A stretch of 57,469 nt of DNA from Welwitschia mirabilis. Taxonomy: Eukaryota. Position numbers and translations under genes: made by a program. The stretch spans positions 44,178,731 through 44,236,199 of the forward strand of contig JBOZIK010000001.1 of NCBI GenBank assembly GCA_051453625.1, in the 5' to 3' direction. Under the pieces are notes generated by a model. The model ran no database searches, was not told where the DNA came from, and saw only the letters and a list, made by a program, of their open reading frames with translations. Below, piece after piece: positions 26,196-38,189 of this stretch. Every line of letters starts with the position of its first letter. Within the stretch, counting starts at the first letter, position 1.

Positions 26196-26316
26196 ANNNN
26201 NNNNNNNNNNNNNNNNNNNNNNNNNNNNNNNNNNNNNNNNNNNNNNNNNNNNNNNNNNNNNNNNNNNNNNNNNNNNNNNNNNNNNNNNNNNNNNNNATTA
26301 ATATCAGAGCAAGATT

Positions 26317-26333
26317 AAGCAAGAGATCTTAAT
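26317..26333 (+). other. A primer-binding site (tRNA-iMet type, degenerate)
   Basis: ATTAATATCAGAGCAAG, a G>A-decayed TGGTATCAGAGC, separated from the LTR end only by an N gap. Confidence 0.8.
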
Positions 26334-26361
26334 AGATCTCTACTCCACTCATCCTTAGAAA

Positions 26362-29300
26362 ATGAGTCAATCCACTGAAGGAAATTTTGTCACAAGATCT
26401 CCCTTCTTCGATGGAATAAATTATGGTTATTAGAAAGCAAAGATGAGAGTCTTTGTTCAATCCATTAGCCTTGAAATATGGAAGTCTATTACTAATGGGT
26501 AGTGTCCTCCTACTGTGTAGGATCTGGTGATCAAGTTAGCTACTCCAAAGAGCAAGGACAAATGGACTAGACAAAAAATTAGCCGCAAATTACAACTTCA
26601 AAGATCTAAATGCCATCTTCTATGCCATAGGTTCAGAAGATATTAAAAGATTTGTGAATTGCACCACTACCAAAGAAGCTTACAACGTATTAGAAACTTC
26701 TCATAAAGAAACCAATCTAGTAAAGTAGGCTAAGCTTTAGATGCTGATCACTTAGTTTGAAGATCTAAAAATGGAAGATGATAAAGGTATAAATAAANNN
26801 NNNNNNNNNNNNNNNNNNNNNNNNNNNNNNNNNNNNNNNNNNNNNNNNNNNNNNNNNNNNNNNNNNNNNNNNNNNNNNNNNNNNNNNNNNNNNNNNNNNN
26901 NNNNNNNNNNNNNNNNNNNNNNNNNNNNNNNNNNNNNNNNNNNNNNNNNNNNNNNNNNNNNNNNNNNNNNNNNNNNNNNNNNNNNNNNNNNNNNNNNNNN
27001 NNNNNNNNNNNNNNNNNNNNNNNNNNNNNNNNNNNNNNNNNNNNNNNNNNNNNNNNNNNNNNNNNNNNNNNNNNNNNNNNNNNNNNNNNNNNNNNNNNNN
27101 NNNNNNNNNNNNNNNNNNNNNNNNNNNNNNNNNNNNNNNNNNNNNNNNNNNNNNNNNNNNNNNNNNNNNNNNNNNNNNNNNNNNNNNNNNNNNNNNNNNN
27201 NNNNNNNNNNNNNNNNNNNNNNNNNNNNNNNNNNNNNNNNNNNNNNNNNNNNNNNNNNNNNNNNNNNNNNNNNNNNNNNNNNNNNNNNNNNNNNNNNNNN
27301 NNNNNNNNNNNNNNNNNNNNNNNNNNNNNNNNNNNNNNNNNNNNNNNNNNNNNNNNNNNNNNNNNNNNNAATGAATTTTTTGTAAAGCTAATAGATATTA
27401 TGAATTCTATGCATGACTTAAGTGAAACAATTGAAGAATCAAGAGTAATTCGCAAAACCTTGATATCTCTTCCCAAAAGGTTCAAATCAAAAGTGACCAT
27501 CATTAAAAAAAAAAGCAAGAACCTGAACATTATGAAATTGGACAAACTCCAAGAAAACCTTCATACATTTGAGCTTAAATTTGGAAAATAGAAGAAGAAA
27601 AGTATGGCATAAACTACCACACATGAAATTTCTGAGATCAAGGATGGGTCTGACTAAGAACCAGAAAGCAATGATAAAGTGGCTCTTCTAACTAGAAGAT
27701 TCAGATGCTTCATGCAGAGATGATAAGGTGGAGGTCAGTCTAAGAGACCACCAAGAAGAAAATAGGAAGGACATCATGAAATTCAATTCTATTAATGCAA
27801 AGGTATTAGTCACACATCAAGTGTTTTCCCAAACAATAGAAAAGATGATAAAAGAAAAGGAAAGAAAGTCTTGTCAGCAACATGAGATGGTGAAGAAAGT
27901 AAGAGTGAATAGAACTCAAATTAAAATGTGGTGATATGTCTCTCATGGCCATCATCAATAAAAATGTATGCTTCACTCCTCTCATTAATTTAGTCATTAG
28001 TGATGATATGCTAAATGATATAGAATTAGAATTGTATTTATAATGTCAAAATCTGGCTCATAGAGTAAACCATCTAAAAAAAGAAAATAAACACCTTCTA
28101 GATAAGCTTGAGATTAGAGAAAAGGAAATTAAAGATCTAAAGAGTAATCTTTCCTCAACCTCCTATCATGTTAAAGAACAAGTCCCTAGACAATCATTCC
28201 CTAGCTTGTTTAGTTCTTATCATTATTCGTATCTCAAACCTTTATCTAAGACAAACTCCAAGAACCCTTTAGCAAATATCACCTACCATTATTGCAAAAA
28301 AAAAGGGGTCATTCTAAGGTTAATTATATCTTTTGCAAAAGTTGATTTTCTCACTCCATATTAGGATCTAAGTTTACCTTTTTCAAAAATCAAATCTTCA
28401 TCTGAACAAAAATAAATGCCTGAGGTGGATCCCAAAATCCATAACTAAAATCCTATTAATACAAATGACTTTAAAAGAAAATAATCATTCTTGCTGGTAT
28501 CTGGATAGTAGGTGCTTGAGACATATGACAGATAACAAGTCAAACTTCATCAGCTTTAAGAAATACAATGGAGGATAAGTCACTTTTAGGGATAATGAAA
28601 GAGCTTAGATTACAAGTATTGAAAGTGTTGGTGGAGGTAACTTACCCAATATTCACAATGTATTATTTGTTAATGGATTAAAGCATAATTTGTTAAGCAT
28701 AGTTAGATTTGTGATAAAGGTTATAAAGTGTTTTTCATTGAAAATAAATGTATTATGAAACATGATAAAATAGATCAACTATTACTTGGAGCAAATAGAC
28801 ACGAAAATGTGTATTATGTAAATCAATCAAATAACTTTACATGTCTATCTTCTCATACTCAAGAAGACGTTATCTAGCATTAGCATTTAGGTTACATTAA
28901 TTTTGATGCATTAAAAAAATTATGTCATGATGAGGTAGTTAGAGGTCTTCATAAAATTTCTTTCTCTCACAAAGGGCTATGTGACATTTATCAAAATGAA
29001 AAACAAACTAAAATATAAGGTTAGTGATATCTCAACTAGTGAACCTTTAGATTTAATTCATATAGATTTAATTGGGCCCATTTAAACTACTAATCTATCC
29101 TAAAAAAGATATTTTCTAGTTATGATTGATGATTTCTCTAGATTTTCATGGGTATCTTTTCTTCATGCAAAATCTAATGCTTATGAAAATTTTATTAAAA
29201 TTTACAAGAAGCTTTAAACTGAAAAGGGGTATGTAATAAAAAAAATCCAAAGTGATCATGGTAAAAAGTTTGAGAATGAAAGATTTGAACTTTATTACAA

Positions 29301-31480
29301 TTCAAATGGAATTGGACATGAGTTCTCAGCTCCTAAAACCCCTCAACAAAGAAAAGCTGAAAGGAAAAATTGAACTTTAATAAATATAATAAGAGTAATG
29401 TTAAATGATAAAACTATTTCAAAATAGTTTTAGATTGAAGCAGTGAACCTAGCTTGTCATATATTAAACAGAGTGTATTTAAGGCCTAGAACTTCTAAAA
29501 TCCCTTATGAACTCCAAAAAGGAAATAAGCCAAATATATTTTACTTTAAAACCTTTGGAAGTAAGTGCTTTATTTTTAGAGATATAGAAGAATTATTAAA
29601 ATTTAATTCTAAGTTAGATGAAGGAACCTTTTTAGGGTACTCTCAATCCAGTAGAGATTACAGAGTGTTTAACAAATAAACTCTTCATATGGAAGGATCT
29701 ATTAATGGTAAAATTCATGATGTTTCAGATTCCTCGAAATTCATTAACCTTGATGAAGATCTAATTTCTTCCTATCCTATCAACCAAAATGAAAAAAATA
29801 TCAAAAGATAAGGTAACCCCAGGAATTAAGAAACTCAAGGATCATCCTCTAGAATCTATCATTAGGAATGTTTAGTAAGGCATTATTACTAAAAATTATC
29901 TTAAAAAATTTAGTGCTCATGTCTCTCTATTATCTCAAATAGAATCTAAATCTTTTGAAGAGGCTAAATCTGATCCTAGTTAGATCACTGCCATACAAGA
30001 GGAACTTCAACAATTCACTAGAAATCAGGTTTGGTCACTTCTTCCAAAATCAACCAGAAAAAATGTCATAGGCACAAAGTGGATTTTCAGAAATAAAGTA
30101 AAAGAGAAAAATGATATTACCAAGAATAAAGATAGATTAGTGACTCAAGGATACTCCCAAATAGAAGCAGTAGATTGTGGAGACACTTTTGTACTGGTTG
30201 CTCGATTAGAATCAATCAGGATGTTTCTAGCTTTTTCTTGTTACAAGAAAATGAAAGTCTTTCAAATGGATGTAAAAAGTGCCTTTCTTAATAGACACGT
30301 TGAATAAGAAGTGTATGTAAAGTAATCTAAAGACTTCTCTGATCCTCATAAACCTGAGTGTGTGTATAAACTTAACAAGGCTTTATATGAGTCAAAACAA
30401 GCTCCGAGAGCTTGGTATGAAAAGCTTTTATCTTTCGTACTTCAACACTGTTTTTATAGAGGATCCATTGATAGAACTTTATTTAGAAAAGTTTTGAATG
30501 ATGACTCAATTCTAGTTCAAATCTATGTGGATGATATTATTTTTGGGTCAACAAATGAAAATTTATCAAATGACTTTGCAAAACTAATGAGTTCTAAATT
30601 TGAAATGAGCATGGTTGAACCTGTAAATATGTTTTTGGGTTTATAAATTCAACAACATGAACATGGTATTTTTATAAATCAAAAGAAATACTTCATAGAT
30701 TTAATAAATAAATTCAAACTGGAAAATGTAAAATGTGTGGACTCTCCAATGGCCACAAATGTTAAACTTTCTCTAGATGAAAATGACCAGGATGTGGATC
30801 AAAAGGTATATCATAGTATTATTGGAAGTATATTATATCTAATAGCTAGTTACCCCAATATAGCTTTTAGTATTGGTTTGTGTACTAGGTAGAAAAGTAA
30901 ACTAAAGGAATCACATCTTACTACTACAAAGAGAATACTTCACTATGTCAAAGGTACTCTAGGCTTTAAATTATAGTTTTCAATTGATACTCCTTTAAGG
31001 TTAATAGGTTATAGCGATGTGGACTGGGATGGATGTAAAGATGACTGCAAGAGCATGAGTGGTAGATGCTTTTTCTTTAGAAACTATCTCATCACTTGGT
31101 GTAGCAAGAAATAATTCTTCATATTTCTTTCTACAGCTAAACCTGAGTATATAGTTATTGGAACATGTTGCACTTAGATCTTATGGATGAAAGAGACCTT
31201 GAAGGATTATGGCCTAAACATCACAGAAGCACCAATCCTATGCGATAACTTGAGTATCATTCAAATTGCTTACAACCTAGTTCAATACACTTACACAAAG
31301 AACATCGATATCAGATACTATTTTATTCAAGAATTGATAGAAAAGAAAATCATTCCTTTAGAATATATGTGTGCTAAAGATCAATTCGCTAATATCTTTA
31401 TGAAACTCTTATCGTCGGATCGTTTTTCAACTCTTTGTTATTTTCTGGGTATCAAGTCTAAAAAGGACTTACCAACTTAG
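26362..31480 (+). pseudogene. A gag-pol pseudogene
   Basis: MSQSTEG...FFDGINYGY*KAKM; protease WYLDSRCLRHMT (~28495); integrase IQSDHGKKFEN and APKTPQQ (29245-29350); RT QMDVKSAFLN (~30265) and QIYVDDIIFG (~30520); RNase H ILCDNLS...KNIDIRYYFI (ORF 31187-31480). Confidence 0.95.
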
Positions 31481-32065
31481 CCTCATCTGAATAATAAAGG
31501 TTAGTTGAGGGATTCAAACTTTTATTTTTCATATAAGTTTGGACCCCAGTCGACCTTCTTTTTTTAAGTAGGGTGACCATTTTTCTTTTAGTTTTTCTTA
31601 TTGTTAAACTTTTCTTTTCATTGCGTCGACTAATCATACCATTGGGTTGACCGATTTAGTCCTAGTTGTTTCTTATAGTATCTTGTAAGAAATGGGTCGA
31701 CTGAATAATTTCCTTCGGTCAACCTCTTTAAGTATCATTTTTAGTTACATTGGGTCGACCTCATCTTGCTTTTAGATCGACCGAGTTTGATTTGGTTTTG
31801 AGTATTAGATTCTTATCTCGAAGGGTGGATTACATAACATCTTTGGGTTAACTGCTGCCTTACTATTTTAGTTTATAAATATTTACATGAGTTAATCGAC
31901 CTTATGATTAGTCGCCCACATTTAAGGTAGTGTGCCATATATTTTTTAAATCCACCCACCCTTTGTCATTTTCTTCATTGTCTTTTCTTCCTCTGTTATT
32001 TTCTAAGCTTCTAGGGGGGCCCTCTTTAACTTTTTCCATGCTTTTTTTCTCAGATCTAGGATAAA

Positions 32066-33060
32066 ATGACATCTTAGCAGCCAGGAGAGGGATCTAGAAA
32101 GAGAATAAAGGAGGCAATTTTCAAACCTCTAAGTTATGTATTCTCTAGGATAAGCACTGAGTAACTAAGAAACTTTGAAAAACATTTTGAAACTATCCCT
32201 ATAGCCTTGGAAAGAACCTGTGAGCCCGTGCAATTTCTAAGCCTGAGAGAGATCTAGACTTTTCTAGAAGAGGTTAACTAGAGATATTTTTTCATGTTTT
32301 TGGTACCTGCTACCCTCTGGTAACTAGGTTATTTTATTCAAATGCTAGATTTGATGCCTCTAAATCTAATTTTATTTCTTTAGTCTTTGGCTAAGAAATG
32401 TGCATCATTGTAGATCTCATAACTTCCCTCACTAGGATTCCAGAGGGAACTAGGGTAAATACTAGCCTATGGCTAAACATTTTAAGGAAAAGGAAGTAGC
32501 CACTCATCACATTTATGGAACTCATGTCACTTGGAAGAAGACACTCAAAGCTTTCCAGCTTCTTTCAAGATTTCCTCTGTTACACCTCATTATGTCATAT
32601 AACTTTTTACCAGTTGCTAGGTATAGAGATGAGCTATCTAACTATTGGGTATTCTTAGTTTATGCATTGGATAGGAGAAGAGAATTGATGCTCTTGGGAT
32701 CATACTCAAGCACATGACCAACTAGCTTCATCCTCACAAAAGGTATGCCCTACACTATCCCTTCCTTATCATGTGGATTTATCATTACTTTCACATTTTT
32801 TATCTAGCTAGGCAGGAGATCCGGAAGCCCATGGAGCCTATTGATCATGCTACTTTATCTAGGATGTACATTTTTGAAGAACCAGCTGCTCCTTCAAGGC
32901 CTAAGGTCAAGGCCTCTTAGACCATGAAGATCCTTCATCTCTTGCACTGTATTGACTCACGGACTAGTCACATCAAGGAGGTACTCATTACTAGTGGTAC
33001 TCCAGTCACTAACACCTCTCAGAGTGAGGGTGCTTAGTCTTCTAAGTTCTCTAAATCTAA
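32066..33060 (+). pseudogene. A env-like / accessory ORF pseudogene
   Basis: Lies between pol and the PPT region; includes ORF 32469-32717 (RFPLLHLIMSYNFLPVARYRDELSNY). Homologous to the same ORF in B and C. Confidence 0.8.
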
Positions 33061-33114
33061 TTAAGTTTATATGTTTTTTTCTTTGATTTTTAGTCTTTTA
33101 TTTTGTTTCCTGTC

Positions 33115-33359
33115 CTTGATTTCATCAAAAAGGGGGAGAATGATTTGTATTATATTCATGTTATCACATTTTATCACTTCTTTGTACTATATAAGCAAAA
33201 ATGCATCTTTCATAATGTAATGCAAATTTTTTGAGCTTTACTAACTTTCTTTTATGTAAAACTTGTATAAATTTAATCTATTTCAAAGTTAAATTAGTTA
33301 GGGGAAGAATCCATATGTTAAATTATTATTTTTCCTCAATCAATAACAAAGGAGGAGTT
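33115..33359 (+). other. A pre-LTR region with multiple polypurine tracts
   Basis: AAAAAGGGGGAGAA (~33127), AGGGGAAGAA (~33300) and AAAGGAGGAG (33348-33357). Confidence 0.8.
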
Positions 33360-35069
33360 TGTTGAGAATCCATTGTCATGATTAATTTAATGAGTTTTTG
33401 TAGTTAGTCCATTGTACAAAGATTCCCCAGCACTAAGCAACTGACTCCTAAGCTCAAATTATCAACCTATTAAAGAACTATGATACTGCTTCAGAATCAA
33501 GCAACTACAAATAGAAATCAAGTGACCAAACTAATGCAGATTAAATAAATGATTGGTTGTAGAATGGACGACCGAGTGCGTCATACTAGGCGACTGATCT
33601 GACACATTAGAAAAAAGACTAGTTTAATAACAGTCGATTGAAAACTCATATTTGGGTGACCCCATTTGAGCCTTTGTATAAGAACTAGGGCAAACATGAG
33701 TAACCACTAAATGGACATGGGTGACCGCATTGCAATCTGCGAAATTCAGTTTGATGATGGAACAGGCAACTGACTAATTCAGATGGGCAACCATCCTACA
33801 AGTAGTAAAGATTGAATCTAGTAAATGTAAGGGAAATTGAAGGATGTAATTACAGGTGACTACATTCTTCCTAGAATCTACCCTCACAAGATCCATCGAG
33901 TAATAAATTTCAGGACGACCGAGTAAAGGTCGACCGCATATAAACATAAGGGTGACCGAATATGCACCTGTTCTATACTGAGAAATCTGTGACAAATAAG
34001 GGTAACCGAATATTAGTTATAAGGTTCACGACATGTTCGGGTAACCGAGTACTATATCAAAATTAATAGTACAAATTAAAAATGTAACCATTATGTTTTC
34101 AACAGTTCATCAAAAAGAGTGTAATCGTGTAGTAAAAGCGCAACAGTTCGCTTCATCCTTATCAAACGGTTACCTTGTGCATCTTTAGTATTTAAGCTCT
34201 CTTCCAATCAAAAGAAATAAAAGCTTTCTTCTAATATTAAAGATTAAAAAATAAGAACTGTCATACTCTTTTAGCATTATATCTGAGCTAGTTTCTAGTT
34301 TAAATTTCTACTTGAATCTATTATTGCACCTACTTCGAAGAAGAGATNNNNNNNNNNNNNNNNNNNNNNNNNNNNNNNNNNNNNNNNNNNNNNNNNNNNN
34401 NNNNNNNNNNNNNNNNNNNNNNNNNNNNNNNNNNNNNNNNNNNNNNNNNNNNNNNNNNNNNNNNNNNNNNNNNNNNNNNNNNNNNNNNNNNNNNNNNNNN
34501 NNNNNNNNNNNNNNNNNNNNNNNNNNNNNNNNNNNNNNNNNNNNNNNNNNNNNNNNNNNNNNNNNNNNNNNNNNNNNNNNNNNNNNNNNNNNNNNNNNNN
34601 NNNNNNNNNNNNNNNNNNNNNNNNNNNNNNNNNNNNNNNNNNNNNNNNNNNNNNNNNNNNNNNNNNNNNNNNNNNNNNNNNNNNNNNNNNNNNNNNNNNN
34701 NNNNNNNNNNNNNNNNNNNNNNNNNNNNNNNNNNNNNNNNNNNNNNNACTTAGAAGAAGAGATTACTGTACTTCTGAGAGAAAATCTATGCATGATTCTT
34801 TTTTCTATGCATCTATGATTGAGGATCAGCCATAAAATCCTCTGATGTTTTGAAAGATTATTTAGTAAGCCTGAAAATCATTATTAAAAGATAATATATG
34901 CTAACCAAGAACAAGGAGTCTAAAGAGCTGAAGGGTGATGTCTATCCATCATTAAATGTCTTGCTTTTGTATTACATATCTACTTATTTTATTAGCAGGT
35001 TATGAAAAACAAGAAAATTGATTTTTAAAGACCTATTCATCCCCCTCTAAGGTCGATCCTCTACTTTCA
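33360..35069 (+). repeat. A 3' LTR (length inflated by an N gap)
   Basis: Same termini as the 5' LTR; the sequences flanking gap 34348-34747 overlap (ACTT(C/A)GAAGAAGAGAT). Confidence 0.93.
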
Positions 35070-35143
35070 CCTTCTTACTCTTCTTTTTATTCCTTTATTT
35101 TAAGCACATGCTATTCATATGCTTCTAAAACATAAGTACATCT

Positions 35144-36327
35144 TATTGGATTTAAAACCCTAGAAGGAGATGAATAGGATTTAAAAATAAATTGTAAAAC
35201 TATATTTACAAAATATTGAATACTAAAAAATATTTTTGCATATAAAATAATAAAATGATCTAAAGGAAAAATTATTGAAACTAGAAAATACCAATGAAGA
35301 TTGATAGACACACAGTTTATAGTGGTTTAGGAAATTCTACTCCACTCTCAGTAATCAGCTTCTATCTAAGACTGATATGGATTCTTATTGCTTAACTTTT
35401 AGATTTATCAGGTTTACCTATAACTGTTTATAATCACATTTTTAAAAGCTTATTCTTAAGCTTTAGAGCAAATGCTTTTTGGTGTCAATAGTGTAGTACA
35501 ATACATAAGCTTTACTATATCTAAAGTACAATAAAGATAGTATCACACTATCTAAAAATGATGTCACACATCTAAGTACATATAGTGTAAATGAATTAAC
35601 CAAAGTACTAATAATCAAAAGATGCTTTTTTAATTTTTAGTCAAATGAGAAGGATCGTCATGATTTTGATGGTTGAGGTTTATATAAGAGATAGATTTTA
35701 GGATTTTATAAGTAGATCTAATATTATAATGGATAAAAATAGAAAGGAAATGGCTAGAAAATAGACTGTAAAATTCCATTTCTATCATGACTAGTCGACT
35801 TCTAAAAATATTTGGTCGATCCCATTGAGTTCCATTACTAAATTCAGTTGATTTCATCTTCTTCCAGTTAACTTAAGTTCTTTACATCTCCAAGTCCAGT
35901 TGACTTCATCAAGGATTTAATTAACTATGTATGTCTAAGTCAATTAATTGCATTTTAGTATTGTAAACTCCATATAAAAACTAGTTAAAACATCTTTAGC
36001 CTAGGTCTAGTCGACCCCTCAAACATCCGATTAACACCTTGATAAAAATATTTCACAAATTATTTTACAGGTTTGTTATCTCCTTAGGAATTTAGTTAAC
36101 TTCTTAATGAACTAATTCAATCTTTTTTGGTATAGCTCTATAATCCCTTAGGAATCTGGTCAATCCCTTTGAGGGTTTGTAATTTATCAAATTTAAGCAA
36201 AGGTAATGAGAAATGTTTATTGATTTTGACCTATAAGGATTAATTTTTTTGTGAAAGGAATACAACATATTTTGCTATACCGGCAAATGTTAGTTTGACA
36301 TTAATTTGGTAAAATTATAACTTAATA
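35144..36327 (-). repeat. B 3' LTR
   Basis: Forward TATTGGAT...ATGAATAGGATTTAAAAATAAATT...GGTAAAATTATAACTTAATA, collinear with 53371-54561. Confidence 0.92.
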
Positions 36328-36749
36328 ATATTCATCTTTAACATTAATGATAAACTATAACTATTTAAAAATATTAATTTTAAAACTATTCCTCAAAAAA
36401 TAACCATTTATATTTGTGAAAAGTTATTGACCATATTTATCCAAATTATGTATTCAAACTAGTTTTTCAAAAAGAGCCATATATATAATAAATTAAAATC
36501 ATAGTTCATAGAAAATATAATATGCATTAAGAAATAAGACAAATAATATAATGCATTTCTATTAATCAGTATTAAGTAGTACAACTAAAATATACTCATG
36601 AGAAAATAACTAATAATAACTAATCAACTAATAATAACTAATTTTATAGAAATTATTTCTCTCCCTTTTAACATCAATGATAAAGGAGGAAAAAAGGAAG
36701 TAATAAGTAAAAACTAGAATAATAAAAAATAATAGAAATAATAATAATT

Positions 36750-37810
36750 AATTTGATTCTTCTTCTCTCTTATCCTTATATTCTTCTTCAGAATCTAGGT
36801 CATCTTATTCTTATTCTTATTCTTCTGCCACCTTTTGAGCAGAGCTAATGGCTTCCTCAAAAGTATTTATAATCTCGTATCCTATTGTAATAAATGCCTT
36901 TTTCATGTGTTAAGTATGAGAGTCCAGCCTCTTGAGCTATAATAGAGTCTCTTCAGGGGAGGCTTACTTCAGAAAGAGAGACTCAGAAGATTTCTTGGAT
37001 TTAGAGAAAATGTGCATGCAAGACAGAGTACCACATCCAATGGAAGACATAGGAGTTAAGTATTGAAGTTTAGAGTATATTTAGAATCTAAAGTAATGAC
37101 AGATATTACTGTTCAGAATGAAGTAAGAAAGAGTTCTAGTTTTATGATATTCTAAATAAGAGATCGTATTCTTAAAAATAATGGCAGGAGCATCAATGGA
37201 ATAACTAGTTTCTACTAAGTACAATAGATAGACACGATAGTTTAAGGGCTTATCACAATTACCAGTAAGAGGTAAAAAATTGTAAGTTAAAGATAAATGA
37301 AGAAAATAATATTTTGGGGTAAGATGAGAGATGAAAAGGATGATTTTCCACCAAATGATCTTTCCACAAAGTTCCATGATACTCCATGAAATCACACAAG
37401 GGCTAAAACTTCTTATAATCTCCTTTTGGGAGATATGTAAGGCAGGCTATTAGATCTATAGTAACTCAAAACTTTCTTCTCAAAAAAATAGTCATAAGAG
37501 TAAAGTAATATACATAAAACAAAGTAGTACAATAAAACATATGAGTAAGAAAAGGATAAGCTAACCTAGAAATCTCAAGAATGTAAGAAATATCTAGATA
37601 ATTTAAAAGTATTATCACATCCCTTAATTCTTTGAGTTGCCTTGAAACTATCAGCCTCTTTTAATAGATAAGATTTTTCTCAAACTCTTTACTGAACTTA
37701 TCTAGGACTTTATTTGATATTCTAGAGTAAAAATATCTTGGGTTTTTATTTGCTAGCTTTAATGAGCTTTTCTAGAAGGATCCTTTGTTATTTTAACTAT
37801 ACATGGTACT
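36750..37810 (-). pseudogene. B env-like / accessory ORF pseudogene
   Basis: ORF 37081-37395 (FLHLSLTYNFLPLTG...NYRVYLLY...IDAPAII) closely resembles 45158-45364; acidic C-terminus. Confidence 0.8.
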
Positions 37811-38189
37811 TTCTGAAGAAAAAGAAAATGGAATAATATAGTTAGATCTGAAATAGATAGGTAAACAAGTGGAAATAAGGGAGGTATAACTCCAAAAGTA
37901 TTTATATAGGGGGATGATCAAGTTGAATTTAAGGAAAGAAAAAATCAAGTCCATTACCTTTCTTCTACACTATAATCCTATAGGTCTAGTTAATTAGATT
38001 ATAATATTACCAACTCATCAAGAATTAAATAGAGAAAATTCTAGGTCCAATCGACTAGAACTTTATCTAGTTAACCCAACAAGATTTAGATCTAATTTGA
38101 AAAATATCGGGTAACTGGATAAAATTTAGTTAACCTGACTTCTGCAAATCTAGTTGACCAAATGCAAGATTTAGTAAATCACCCTAATT

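Larger units (their letters stand above)
24879..35069 (+). mobile_element. A: full-length Sirevirus (Ty1/copia SIRE) with env-like ORF
   Basis: Paired LTRs with TG...CA termini, perfect TSD CCTTC (24874-24878 and 35070-35074), Met-type PBS, copia domain order gag-PR-INT-RT-RH, an extra ORF and several PPTs. Confidence 0.95.

Noticed and set aside
26197..27369. Apparent extra sequence in A (gaps 26197-26316, 26798-27369, 34348-34747)
   Set aside because: The flanks join or overlap as expected for LTR-PBS, gag and LTR, so the true gaps are probably near zero; no hidden cargo is inferred.
35135..35144. AGTACATCTT on both sides of B, suggesting a 9-10 bp TSD
   Set aside because: On the right, AGTA is the decayed LTR terminus (the partner LTR ends AATA); a 5-bp TSD restores the H reading frame.
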